A DNA stretch of 64,000 nt from an uncultured Clostridia bacterium (GTDB lineage Bacteria > Bacillota > Clostridia > Lachnospirales > CAMVHY01): assembly GCA_947073045.1 (NCBI GenBank), contig CAMTJU010000002.1:27651-91650 (forward strand), written 5' to 3'. This document shows positions 56,477 to 64,000 of the stretch, one piece after another (position 1 is the first letter of the stretch; every line of letters begins with the position of its first letter). A model generated the notes under the pieces. The model had not been told where the DNA came from and did no database searches. It worked only from the letters and a program-made list of their open reading frames with translations. The position numbers and the translations under genes are program-made.

Positions 56477-57658
56477 TTAAAATTCGCGCGGCAATTTCAA
56501 AATCTTTCCTGCATAAATTTTGTCTGCATCATCCATACCATTAAGCTCCATTATTTTATTAATCATTGATGAATTGCCGAAAAATTTTTGGCTAATAGCA
56601 CTTAGACTGTCTCCTTCCTTTACTACGTAAGTTTTGGGAACTTGATTGTCGTTTGAATTGTTTTCTGAAGATGGCTCAATATTTTTCATTACTTGCTGAA
56701 TTTGAGGAGTCGCGCTGGTTTTTTCAGTCTCATCGTTATTTGTAGTTGAATCCGTTTGCAAAACTTTCGAAGTTTTTTCTGGCGATGGTTCAATATTTTT
56801 TATAACCTGTGGTGTTTCCTGCATCGAAAATACAGACTCGGCGTTGTTATTTTTAGTATTTGTTTGTGCATAAGAATTGTTTAGTGTCTGCAATTCGTTT
56901 TCCAGTTTTGATATTCTTTCTTCGTTTTGCACAAGGCCTGTCCCCATTATGAAACAAATTAAAAATAATACTGCGCTTAAACTTGCCAGCATGTTTACTA
57001 TTTTTCTTTGATCATTATTTGATTTTTTTATCCTTTCAAATTGTCTCTTACGTAATGTAATTTCAGGTGGTTCTTCTTTTTGAGTTTCATCGTCACAAAT
57101 TAATTGCTTTGTTTCCTTGTTTGCTATCATATATTCATTCATAGCTTCATTTTTTTGATAATATATAAAGTAACCCTTTATGGGTTCTAATTTTTCGCGT
57201 AGTGCATCAAAAATGTGGAATACGTTTATATTTTCTATCGGATCACACAAAAGATATGTCTGATATAATTTATTGAAGTTGTTGCGAAACTGTGTTACAT
57301 ATTTTTCATTTAGGTATGCTCCATATCCTGGTTGAGATTGCATAAGCCCGACTACTTCAAATCCACTGAAATATCTATCTATTTGTTCGTAAACATAATT
57401 CCATGTATCTTTTGTGATATTTAAAATTCCATCGCTATGTTGAGTATATTTACTGCAAACAGCGCCGCTTATTAAAATTATATTTGTGTCGCCATCGCTA
57501 ATATTTTTGCCAATAAGAAAAGCAAGTCTCTCATTGTAATTACCGCCGCCAGCATATTGCTGCAAGTATGTATAGGCATAATCCTCGATATAAATTTTTA
57601 TTTTCTCATCGATATTACCAATTTGCTTAACATTTGAAGGTTGTTTAAATTTACTCAT
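56477..57658 (-). CDS. Bitopic membrane protein: unassigned cytoplasmic N-domain, TM helix, repeat linker, C-terminal LysM
   Basis: TM helix IVNMLASLSAVLFLICFIMGTGLV. Tandem linker repeat PQVIKNIEPSPEKTS / QQVMKNIEPSSENNS. LysM: YVVKEGDSLSAISQKFFGNSSMINKIMELNG...GKILKLP. AGGAGG SD. Confidence 0.75.
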   Translation of the reverse strand: MSKFKQPSNVKQIGNIDEKIKIYIEDYAYTYLQQYAGGGNYNERLAFLIGKNISDGDTNIILISGAVCSKYTQHSDGILNITKDTWNYVYEQIDRYFSGFEVVGLMQSQPGYGAYLNEKYVTQFRNNFNKLYQTYLLCDPIENINVFHIFDALREKLEPIKGYFIYYQKNEAMNEYMIANKETKQLICDDETQKEEPPEITLRKRQFERIKKSNNDQRKIVNMLASLSAVLFLICFIMGTGLVQNEERISKLENELQTLNNSYAQTNTKNNNAESVFSMQETPQVIKNIEPSPEKTSKVLQTDSTTNNDETEKTSATPQIQQVMKNIEPSSENNSNDNQVPKTYVVKEGDSLSAISQKFFGNSSMINKIMELNGMDDADKIYAGKILKLPREF

Positions 57659-57802
57659 AAAAAATTTTCCTCCTGCATATAATATTTATTTTGATAATGT
57701 TTTCTACTTTGAAGATATTATCATTTATAAATGATTTTTTTGGTGGAAAATGGTCGATGTGTGCATTTTTTTTATTTCATATTCCGACAGAGGTGATTTA
57801 AA

Positions 57803-58165
57803 TTGATAGTAGGAATTGGTACGGACATAGTTGAAATTTCAAGATTTAGCAGTGCAAAACAAAGTTTTATACAAAAAATTTTTACCGATGCAGAAATTAA
57901 CTATATTTATCAAAGAAAAATGGAATCAATGGCGGGAATATTTGCAGCAAAAGAAGCAGTCATAAAATGTTTTGGCAGTAATTTAAAAAAAATTTCAATG
58001 CGCGATATAGAAATTTTGCACGGTGAAAAAAATGCTCCAATGGTAAAATTGTACAATGGTGCATTTGAAATTGCCACGCATTTAAAAATTACAGACATAA
58101 AAATAAGCATATCCCACGAAAAAAAATATGCTATTGCATTTGTAATAGCAGAAAATAAATCTTGA
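57803..58165 (+). CDS. acpS: Holo-[acyl-carrier-protein] synthase
   Basis: IVGIGTDIVEISRF start and SISHEKKYAIAFV motif; TTG start after AGAGGTGA. Confidence 0.85.
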   Translation: MIVGIGTDIVEISRFSSAKQSFIQKIFTDAEINYIYQRKMESMAGIFAAKEAVIKCFGSNLKKISMRDIEILHGEKNAPMVKLYNGAFEIATHLKITDIKISISHEKKYAIAFVIAENKS

Positions 58166-58193
58166 AAGTAAAATATTTCTATTTAAAAAAGTA

Positions 58194-58220
58194 CAAAAAA
58201 AGAGACGGCATTACGTCTCT
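58194..58220 (-). terminator. Rho-independent terminator of the 486-aa paralogue
   Basis: AGAGACG / CGTCTCT stem with a T-run on the minus strand, 29 nt after the stop. Confidence 0.65.
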
Positions 58221-58248
58221 AATTTGATTTGCAAAAAGTAATGTTGGT

Positions 58249-59709
58249 TTATATTTCAGTTCTGTCAGGTTCATTTGGGGCATTACTTTGTTGCTGCTGC
58301 TGTGATGATGTAATTCTTGCATCATTTAAACTTTTTCTAAATTCATTAGTTTCATTTTCCTGATCTTGAGAAACAATTTTTTCAAGTATTCTTTTTGCTG
58401 TTGAGTTTTCAGGAAGTTTTTCTGAAACTTGATTAAATATATAAAGTTTTACAGCATTGCTTTTAGCAAATTGCCATAGTGTTTTTATGTAAACAGATAA
58501 ATAATTTTCACCTTGTGACTCCTGCAACTCACATAAATAACAATTTATTTCTCTTTCAGTTCTTATAACTGTACCTAATTCTCTTACTATATTTTTAAGA
58601 TCATCATAACTTTGAATAAATGATGATAAATTTCCGCTATGTGAATAAGCTATGCTATTTATACGATCTAAAATTATATGTTTATCTTCTTCATAATAGA
58701 GATTTAACTCATTATTTATAATATCCAAAACTGGAAGCGAAATATTGCGTATGATATCTTTTTTAGAAACAAAATGAAAATTAAACCGATGATGTGACAA
58801 TATATTTATAAAAGTCATTAATTGACTGCGATTTATATGTTCATTGGAATTTTCATTTCTGCCTATTTCCAGTAATTCTGGATATTTCATAAACATTTTA
58901 CAAAATAACATGAAGTCATCATAATTATTATTACATAATTCTTTCGCAACTGCTAATATGTGTGGATTTTGCGATAAAATACGTCTATTGGAATAAAAAA
59001 ATTTACATAATCTTCTAGCATTGTCAGGAAAACTATCAATGGCATAGCTTATAACATCTAAATCATTTTTTGAATAGTAAGACAAAACACCCCATTTATT
59101 ATACCATAGCGAATGTTTAAAAAGTTCTGCAGCTGTAATTATTTGTTCAACACTTGCATTTGGATGCCATTTTAATATTTCAGTATACAAGTAACTGTTA
59201 TTAAATTCACGATAAATAGATTTATAACGGTCAAACAACTTCAAAACCTTTTGCTTATAATAATTTGTTTTTTCTAATTCAGACTTTTTAAAAAATGAAT
59301 TCTGTGTTTCAATTTTTTCGATAAGAAAATCTTCAATAGGTTTATTTTCATTTCCTACAGTTATTTCAATAAAAGTTTCTCGTATAGGTATTTGAGGTTC
59401 TGGTAATTCTGGTAATACAAAAATTGGTATTCCTTGTTCATTAGTTGCAGATTTTACGAAATCGAAAAAATCTTTTTCTTGAGGATAATTATTTGATGAA
59501 GTTAAATATTGAATTGGTAAATTAAGATATCTTGTAATGAGATTGAATCTATCTTCATCGTTTATTATTATATTTGGACCATTATCAAAAATATAAAATC
59601 CAGTCTTAGTTGCAAAATAAAAAAAATATTTATAAAACAATTCTTCCGCTTCTCTTATTCTTCTTTCAATTTCATCTGGACTAATTTGCTGAAAATTTTC
59701 TTCTGACAT
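58249..59709 (-). CDS. Uncharacterised 486-aa protein (paralogue B)
   Basis: GGAGGGA SD. QQISPDEIERRIREAEELFYKY.., WHPNASVEQIITAAELFKHSLWYNKWGVLSYYSKNDLDVI, FFYSNRR and the end SNAPNEPDR align with paralogue A. Confidence 0.75.
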   Translation of the reverse strand: MSEENFQQISPDEIERRIREAEELFYKYFFYFATKTGFYIFDNGPNIIINDEDRFNLITRYLNLPIQYLTSSNNYPQEKDFFDFVKSATNEQGIPIFVLPELPEPQIPIRETFIEITVGNENKPIEDFLIEKIETQNSFFKKSELEKTNYYKQKVLKLFDRYKSIYREFNNSYLYTEILKWHPNASVEQIITAAELFKHSLWYNKWGVLSYYSKNDLDVISYAIDSFPDNARRLCKFFYSNRRILSQNPHILAVAKELCNNNYDDFMLFCKMFMKYPELLEIGRNENSNEHINRSQLMTFINILSHHRFNFHFVSKKDIIRNISLPVLDIINNELNLYYEEDKHIILDRINSIAYSHSGNLSSFIQSYDDLKNIVRELGTVIRTEREINCYLCELQESQGENYLSVYIKTLWQFAKSNAVKLYIFNQVSEKLPENSTAKRILEKIVSQDQENETNEFRKSLNDARITSSQQQQQSNAPNEPDRTEI

Positions 59710-59781
59710 GCCAATCCCTCCAATTATTTAATCCCTCTACTTTCGTCGGGGGGGGGATTTTTCATATTTATTTATATATTT

Positions 59782-59810
59782 ATTTTAACATATTAATTAT
59801 TTAAATTCAA
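59782..59810 (-). promoter_or_regulatory. Candidate sigma-A promoter of the 486-aa paralogue
   Basis: Minus strand: TTGAAT (59805-59810), 17-nt spacer, TAAAAT (59782-59787); duplicated from, or with, the paralogue A promoter. Confidence 0.5.
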
Positions 59811-59879
59811 TTGTTTTTCCCATGCAATTTATATTATAATTATTCACTGTTATTTTCTAAAAAAGATGGTGGGTGAGAA

Positions 59880-60920
59880 ATGAAAAAACATTTGATTGAA
59901 TTGGTGGATGTAAACAAAAAATTTGATAGCAATTTTATCTTGCATAACATTAATTTGTACATAGAAAAAAATGAATTTTTGACATTGCTTGGACCAAGCG
60001 GATGTGGCAAAACTACGACCCTTAGAATTATTGGCGGATTTGAAAATCCTACAAGCGGGGACTTATTATTTCGTGGCAAAAGTATTTTAAAATTGCCGCC
60101 GTATAAACGTCAGGTTAATACTGTTTTTCAAAAATACGCGCTTTTTCCGAACATGAATGTTTTTGATAATATAGCGTTTGGTTTGAAAATCAGAAAGATT
60201 TCCGGCGATATTATTCGTCAAAAAGTTAAAGCCATGCTCAAACTTGTAAATCTTTCAGGATTTGAAAAGCGCAATGTAAATTTTTTGAGCGGCGGGCAGC
60301 AGCAACGTATTGCTATTGCAAGGGCTCTTGTAAATGAGCCGGAGGTTTTGTTGTTAGACGAACCGCTTGGTGCATTGGATTTGAAATTGCGAAAGGAAAT
60401 GCAAATTGAACTAAAGAACATGCAGCAAAAATTAGGAATAACTTTCGTTTATGTCACGCATGACCAGGAAGAAGCATTGTCTATGTCGGATACGATTGCC
60501 GTTATGAATAACGGAGTTATTCAGCAAATCGGAACGCCTCAGGATATTTATAATGAACCGAAAAATTCTTTTGTTGCAGATTTTATCGGTGAAAGCAATA
60601 TTATTGACGGCGTTATGCTTAAAGATTTTGAGGTTGAGTTTGCCGGTAAAAAATTTGAGTGCGTAGACAAAGGCTTTAATACAAATGAAAAAGTTGATGT
60701 AGTAATTCGCCCGGAAGATATTTTAATTTTGCCTGAGAATATTGGAAAGATTAATGGAAAAGTTGAGAATGTTACGTTCAAGGGTGTCCATTACGAAATG
60801 CTTGTTCGTCAGGAAAATTATTTATGGAAGATACATAGTACGGTTATGTCGCTTGCCGGTTCAATTGTAAGTTTAAAGATAATGCCGGATTTAATTCATA
60901 TTATGAGAAAGGAGAGCTGA
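59880..60920 (+). CDS. potA: Spermidine/putrescine ABC transporter ATP-binding protein
   Basis: Walker [26 protein letters not shown]-terminal TOBE-like domain; first gene of a potABCD-ordered operon. Confidence 0.85.
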   Translation: MKKHLIELVDVNKKFDSNFILHNINLYIEKNEFLTLLGPSGCGKTTTLRIIGGFENPTSGDLLFRGKSILKLPPYKRQVNTVFQKYALFPNMNVFDNIAFGLKIRKISGDIIRQKVKAMLKLVNLSGFEKRNVNFLSGGQQQRIAIARALVNEPEVLLLDEPLGALDLKLRKEMQIELKNMQQKLGITFVYVTHDQEEALSMSDTIAVMNNGVIQQIGTPQDIYNEPKNSFVADFIGESNIIDGVMLKDFEVEFAGKKFECVDKGFNTNEKVDVVIRPEDILILPENIGKINGKVENVTFKGVHYEMLVRQENYLWKIHSTVMSLAGSIVSLKIMPDLIHIMRKES

Positions 60921-60921
60921 A

Positions 60922-61743
60922 ATGAAAAAAGTATTTCTTTACTCATATATTTTATGGATGATAATTTTTATTGTAATTCCGATAATCTTGGTTGGTTATT
61001 TTGCGTTTACTCAATCGGAAAATGGCGTTGTTTTTTTTACGCTCGAAAATTTTAGGCGCGTCTTTGAATTTGTCTATATAAAAGTTTTGCTGCGCTCAAT
61101 TAATTTGGCGCTGATTTGTACCTTGATTTGTTTTTTGATTGGTTATCCCGTGGCATACATTATGGCTGATAAAAATTTTCATTTTAGCTCTACTCTCTTG
61201 TTTTTATTTTTGGTGCCGATGTGGATGAATATGCTTTTGCGTACTTATGCTTGGCTCACGATTCTCGAAAAAAACGGCATTATAAATTCTTGTCTTGCAT
61301 TATTGGGATTTTCAAAAATAAATTTGCTCTATACGAATCAAACTATTGTTTTGGGAATGGTGTATAATTTTCTGCCGTTTATGATTTTGCCAATACATAC
61401 GTCGCTTAAAAAAATTAATTATTCAGCAATTGAGGCTGCACAGGATTTAGGCGCTGATTCTTTTACTACTTTTCGCAAAATTATTTTCCCGCTGAGTTTG
61501 CCGGCAGTTTGCTCTGGAATCACTATGGTTTTTATGCCAGCCGTTACTACATTCATTGTTCCAAATTTATTGGGCGGTGGAAAATTTATGTTGATTGGAA
61601 ATTTAATAGAGCAACAATTTTTAAGAATTGCCGATTGGCATTTTGGCTGTGCAGTATCCTTAATTTTAATGGCAGTAATTTTTTTTGCCGCAATTATTTT
61701 TTCTTTTGTCGATACAGATGATGAAGGAGGAAATTTATTTTGA
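60922..61743 (+). CDS. potB: Spermidine/putrescine ABC transporter permease
   Basis: 6-TM BPD_transp_1 permease with the EAAQDLGA loop. Confidence 0.85.
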   Translation: MKKVFLYSYILWMIIFIVIPIILVGYFAFTQSENGVVFFTLENFRRVFEFVYIKVLLRSINLALICTLICFLIGYPVAYIMADKNFHFSSTLLFLFLVPMWMNMLLRTYAWLTILEKNGIINSCLALLGFSKINLLYTNQTIVLGMVYNFLPFMILPIHTSLKKINYSAIEAAQDLGADSFTTFRKIIFPLSLPAVCSGITMVFMPAVTTFIVPNLLGGGKFMLIGNLIEQQFLRIADWHFGCAVSLILMAVIFFAAIIFSFVDTDDEGGNLF

Positions 61744-62558
61744 AAGCTATAAAGAAAATTTATTTGGCATTGGTTTTTTTGTTTTTGTATGCACCGATTG
61801 CAGTGTTGATTTTTTTCTCGTTTAATGCATCACGTACGCGCGGTCATTGGGGCGGTTTTACTTTGCGCTGGTACAGAGAATTATTTAATGACCCGGAAAT
61901 TTTGCGTGCATTGTATAATACATTATCGGTTGCACTGTTTTCATCTTTCATTTCAGTTTTGATTGGAACTGTTGCTGCTATTTGTATTTTTAATCTTCGC
62001 TCGGTTGTGAAAAATATTGTCTTGCACATAACAAAAATACCTCTTGCAAATCCTGATATCGTTACTGGAGTTTCGCTGATGATTTTGTATGTATTCGTCT
62101 TCCATTTTTTTAAGTTTGGAAATTTTGGCTATTGGACATTACTTTTGTCGCACATTGCTTTTAATGTTCCTTACGTAATTTTTTCTGTATTACCAAGATT
62201 GCAGCATTTGAATAGCAATATTTTTGAAGCGGCATTGGATTTAGGAGCAAGTCCATCATATGCTTTGAGAAAAATTATTTTGCCGGAGATTATGCCCGCA
62301 GTTTTAACCGGCTTTCTTTTAGCATTTACATTGTCTATTGATGATTTTGTTGTCAGTTTTTTTACAAGCGGCTCCGGCGTAAATAATCTTTCGATTTTAA
62401 TTTATTCAATGGCGCGCCGCGGTATCAATCCAAAAATAAATGCACTCTCGAGTTTAATGTTTTTATGCGTTATAGTTTTGCTTTATCTTGTGAACAAAAG
62501 AGATATTGTTTTTTCTAAACTTGAAAATAATCAGGGTGATAACGAAAATGAAATTTAG
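61740..62558 (+). CDS. potC: Spermidine/putrescine ABC transporter permease
   Basis: 6-TM permease with the EAALDLGASP loop; TTG start after GAAGGAGG, 4-nt overlap with potB. Confidence 0.85.
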   Translation: MKAIKKIYLALVFLFLYAPIAVLIFFSFNASRTRGHWGGFTLRWYRELFNDPEILRALYNTLSVALFSSFISVLIGTVAAICIFNLRSVVKNIVLHITKIPLANPDIVTGVSLMILYVFVFHFFKFGNFGYWTLLLSHIAFNVPYVIFSVLPRLQHLNSNIFEAALDLGASPSYALRKIILPEIMPAVLTGFLLAFTLSIDDFVVSFFTSGSGVNNLSILIYSMARRGINPKINALSSLMFLCVIVLLYLVNKRDIVFSKLENNQGDNENEI

Positions 62559-63576
62559 ATTTTTAATTTTACTTGCCGTTTTTATTTTGATTGGTTGCAG
62601 CAAAAATAATGACGAGAAAATTTTAAATGTATATAACTATGGAGATTATGTAGATGAAAAAATTTTAAAGATGTTTACTAACGAAACTGGTATTAAAATT
62701 AATTACGATACATTTGCGACGAGTGAGGACGCATATACAAAAATTAAAAATGGCGGGACAAATTATGACGTTGTTATTATTTCAGATTATATGATTGAGC
62801 GCATGATAAAAGAAAATTTGTTAGAGCCGCTTGATTTTTCATTGATAGAAAATTATCAGTTTATTCACTCGCGTTTTAAAAATTTATCGTTTGACCCGGA
62901 AAATAAATTTTCTGTTTCGTATATGTGGGGGAGCGTTGGCATACTTTATAATAAAACGATGGTTGATAATGTGCACAGTTGGAAAATTCTTTGGGATGAG
63001 AAATACAAGAATCAAATTTTTATGTACGATAGCCAACGTGATTCAATCGGAGTTGCTTTGAAAAAATTAGGGTATTCATTGAACACGCGTGACATTAAAG
63101 AATTATATGAAGCCAAAAATGAATTGGTAAAGCAAAAAAAAATTGTGCAGGCATACGTAGGTGATGCAGTTAAAGACAAAATGATTGGTAATGAGGGAAC
63201 ACTTGCTATTTCATATTCTGGAGATGCTTTGTTCTGCCAAAGTGAAAATTCTGATTTGGATTATGTAATTCCGATTGAGGGAAGTAATTTATGGTTTGAC
63301 TGTGCAGTTATTTTAAAAACTTCTTGCCATAAGTCATTTGCCAATCTTTTTATAAATTTTTTATGCCAGCCACAAATTGCTTTGATGAATACACAATACA
63401 TTGGTTATTCGACGGTGAACAGTGAGGCATTAAAAAAGTTGCCGGATGAAATCAAAAACAACAAAATTTATTGGCCAAGCGATGAAGAATTTAGTCGCTG
63501 TGAAATTTTTCACGATTTAGGTGAATTTATCAGGCAATATGATATAATTTGGACTGAAATTTTAGCTGAAGACTGA
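62548..63576 (+). CDS. potD: Spermidine/putrescine-binding lipoprotein
   Basis: ATG 62548 gives MKFRFLILLAVFILIGC (lipobox). PotD-like body (LNVYNYGDYVDE, YMWGSVGILYN). The track start is over-extended into potC. Confidence 0.85.
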   Translation: MKFRFLILLAVFILIGCSKNNDEKILNVYNYGDYVDEKILKMFTNETGIKINYDTFATSEDAYTKIKNGGTNYDVVIISDYMIERMIKENLLEPLDFSLIENYQFIHSRFKNLSFDPENKFSVSYMWGSVGILYNKTMVDNVHSWKILWDEKYKNQIFMYDSQRDSIGVALKKLGYSLNTRDIKELYEAKNELVKQKKIVQAYVGDAVKDKMIGNEGTLAISYSGDALFCQSENSDLDYVIPIEGSNLWFDCAVILKTSCHKSFANLFINFLCQPQIALMNTQYIGYSTVNSEALKKLPDEIKNNKIYWPSDEEFSRCEIFHDLGEFIRQYDIIWTEILAED

Positions 63577-63578
63577 TT

Positions 63579-63623
63579 CTTACTTTTTCTCTTACTTTTT
63601 CTTTAAGAAAAGAAAAAGTAAGC
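63579..63623. repeat. Hairpin repeat family member with tandemly duplicated left arm
   Basis: CTTACTTTTTCT at 63579-63590 and again at 63591-63602; loop TTAAGAAA; right arm AGAAAAAGTAAG at 63611-63622. Begins 3 nt after the potD stop. Confidence 0.6.
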
Positions 63624-63642
63624 AAAAAGAAACTAAAATAAT

Positions 63643-63665
63643 AAACAGGCTTTGCCTGTTTATTA
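63643..63665 (+). terminator. Terminator of potABCD
   Basis: AAACAGGC-TTT-GCCTGTTT stem-loop followed by TATT (weak T-run). Confidence 0.55.
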
Positions 63666-63740
63666 TATAAAGTTTTTTTGTGAACTTTTTTTTCAAAAAA
63701 AGTTCGATTTTAATTTAAAAAACAAAAAGGAGAGAAAAAA

Positions 63741-64000
63741 ATGAATGTATTGCAAGCAGTAATATTAGGAATTGTGCAGGGGATAACGGAATTTTTACCA
63801 GTGAGTAGTTCGGGACATCTTGTATTGTTTCAAAAAATATTTCGGATTCAGGAGCCGACTATGCTTTTTGATGTAGTTTTGCATGTAGGAACACTTGTTG
63901 CTGTTTTCATAGTTTTTTGGGATAAAATTTTTGAGCTTATAAAGAAACCGTTTCAAAAATATTCATATCTTATAATAGCGGGAACTGTTCCTGCAATTAT
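63741..64000 (+). CDS. uppP: Undecaprenyl-diphosphate phosphatase UppP/BacA (5' part, runs off the window)
   Basis: [27 protein letters not shown] is the UppP N-terminal signature; AAGGAGAG SD. Not in the ORF track because no stop lies inside the window. Confidence 0.85.
   Translation, partial: MNVLQAVILGIVQGITEFLPVSSSGHLVLFQKIFRIQEPTMLFDVVLHVGTLVAVFIVFWDKIFELIKKPFQKYSYLIIAGTVPAI

Noticed and set aside
7814-63623. The hairpin repeats as a possible CRISPR array.
   Set aside because: The copies are tens of kb apart and irregularly spaced. They are palindromic A/T-rich units at gene ends with no regular repeat-spacer periodicity, and there are no cas genes.

Overview
Very AT-rich (judged by eye, not computed) low-GC Firmicutes/Clostridia-type chromosomal segment, standard genetic code (TAA, TAG and TGA all end recognisable genes). 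It is mostly housekeeping and spans the replication origin: dnaA sits between two clusters of TTATCAACA-type DnaA boxes. Recognisable genes are coaE, rdgB, mreB, ptsI, tadA, dapB, tilS-hpt-ftsH, lysS, dnaA, a split MacB/FtsX-type ABC exporter, a P-type Ca-ATPase, sepF-yggT, degV, rqcH, tcdA, trpS, gpr, mcsA-mcsB-clpC, rpsF-ssb-rpsR, pgi, a spoVB-like flippase, pepD, recA, tmk, relA, hemW, acpS, potABCD and the 5' part of uppP. gpr, the spoVB-like gene and a ytaF-like gene point to a spore former. I saw no tRNA/rRNA genes, CRISPR array, transposase, integrase or phage genes. Accessory-looking content: (1) two paralogous uncharacterised proteins (955 and 486 aa) with conserved termini and a duplicated promoter/leader, one leader carrying a unique G9/C9 tract and a duplicated SD-like box; (2) an ABC ATPase / five-repeat CARDB-like anchored surface protein / MacB-type permease operon; (3) a 952-aa SLH-anchored surface protein; (4) a dispersed family of intergenic hairpin repeats (CTTACTTTTTCT..AGAAAAAGTAAGC), partly organised into larger modules that bracket the Ca-ATPase gene as direct repeats with compensatory stem changes; (5) a MazG-like gene beside oriC with one in-frame TAA but an intact promoter and SD; (6) non-canonical origin synteny (dnaA followed by lysS, no dnaN or rpmH). 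Several ORF-track starts are over-extended because the Shine-Dalgarno sequence is read as codons; I moved those starts and say so per feature. All functional calls rest on motif and family recognition by eye; no database search was run.
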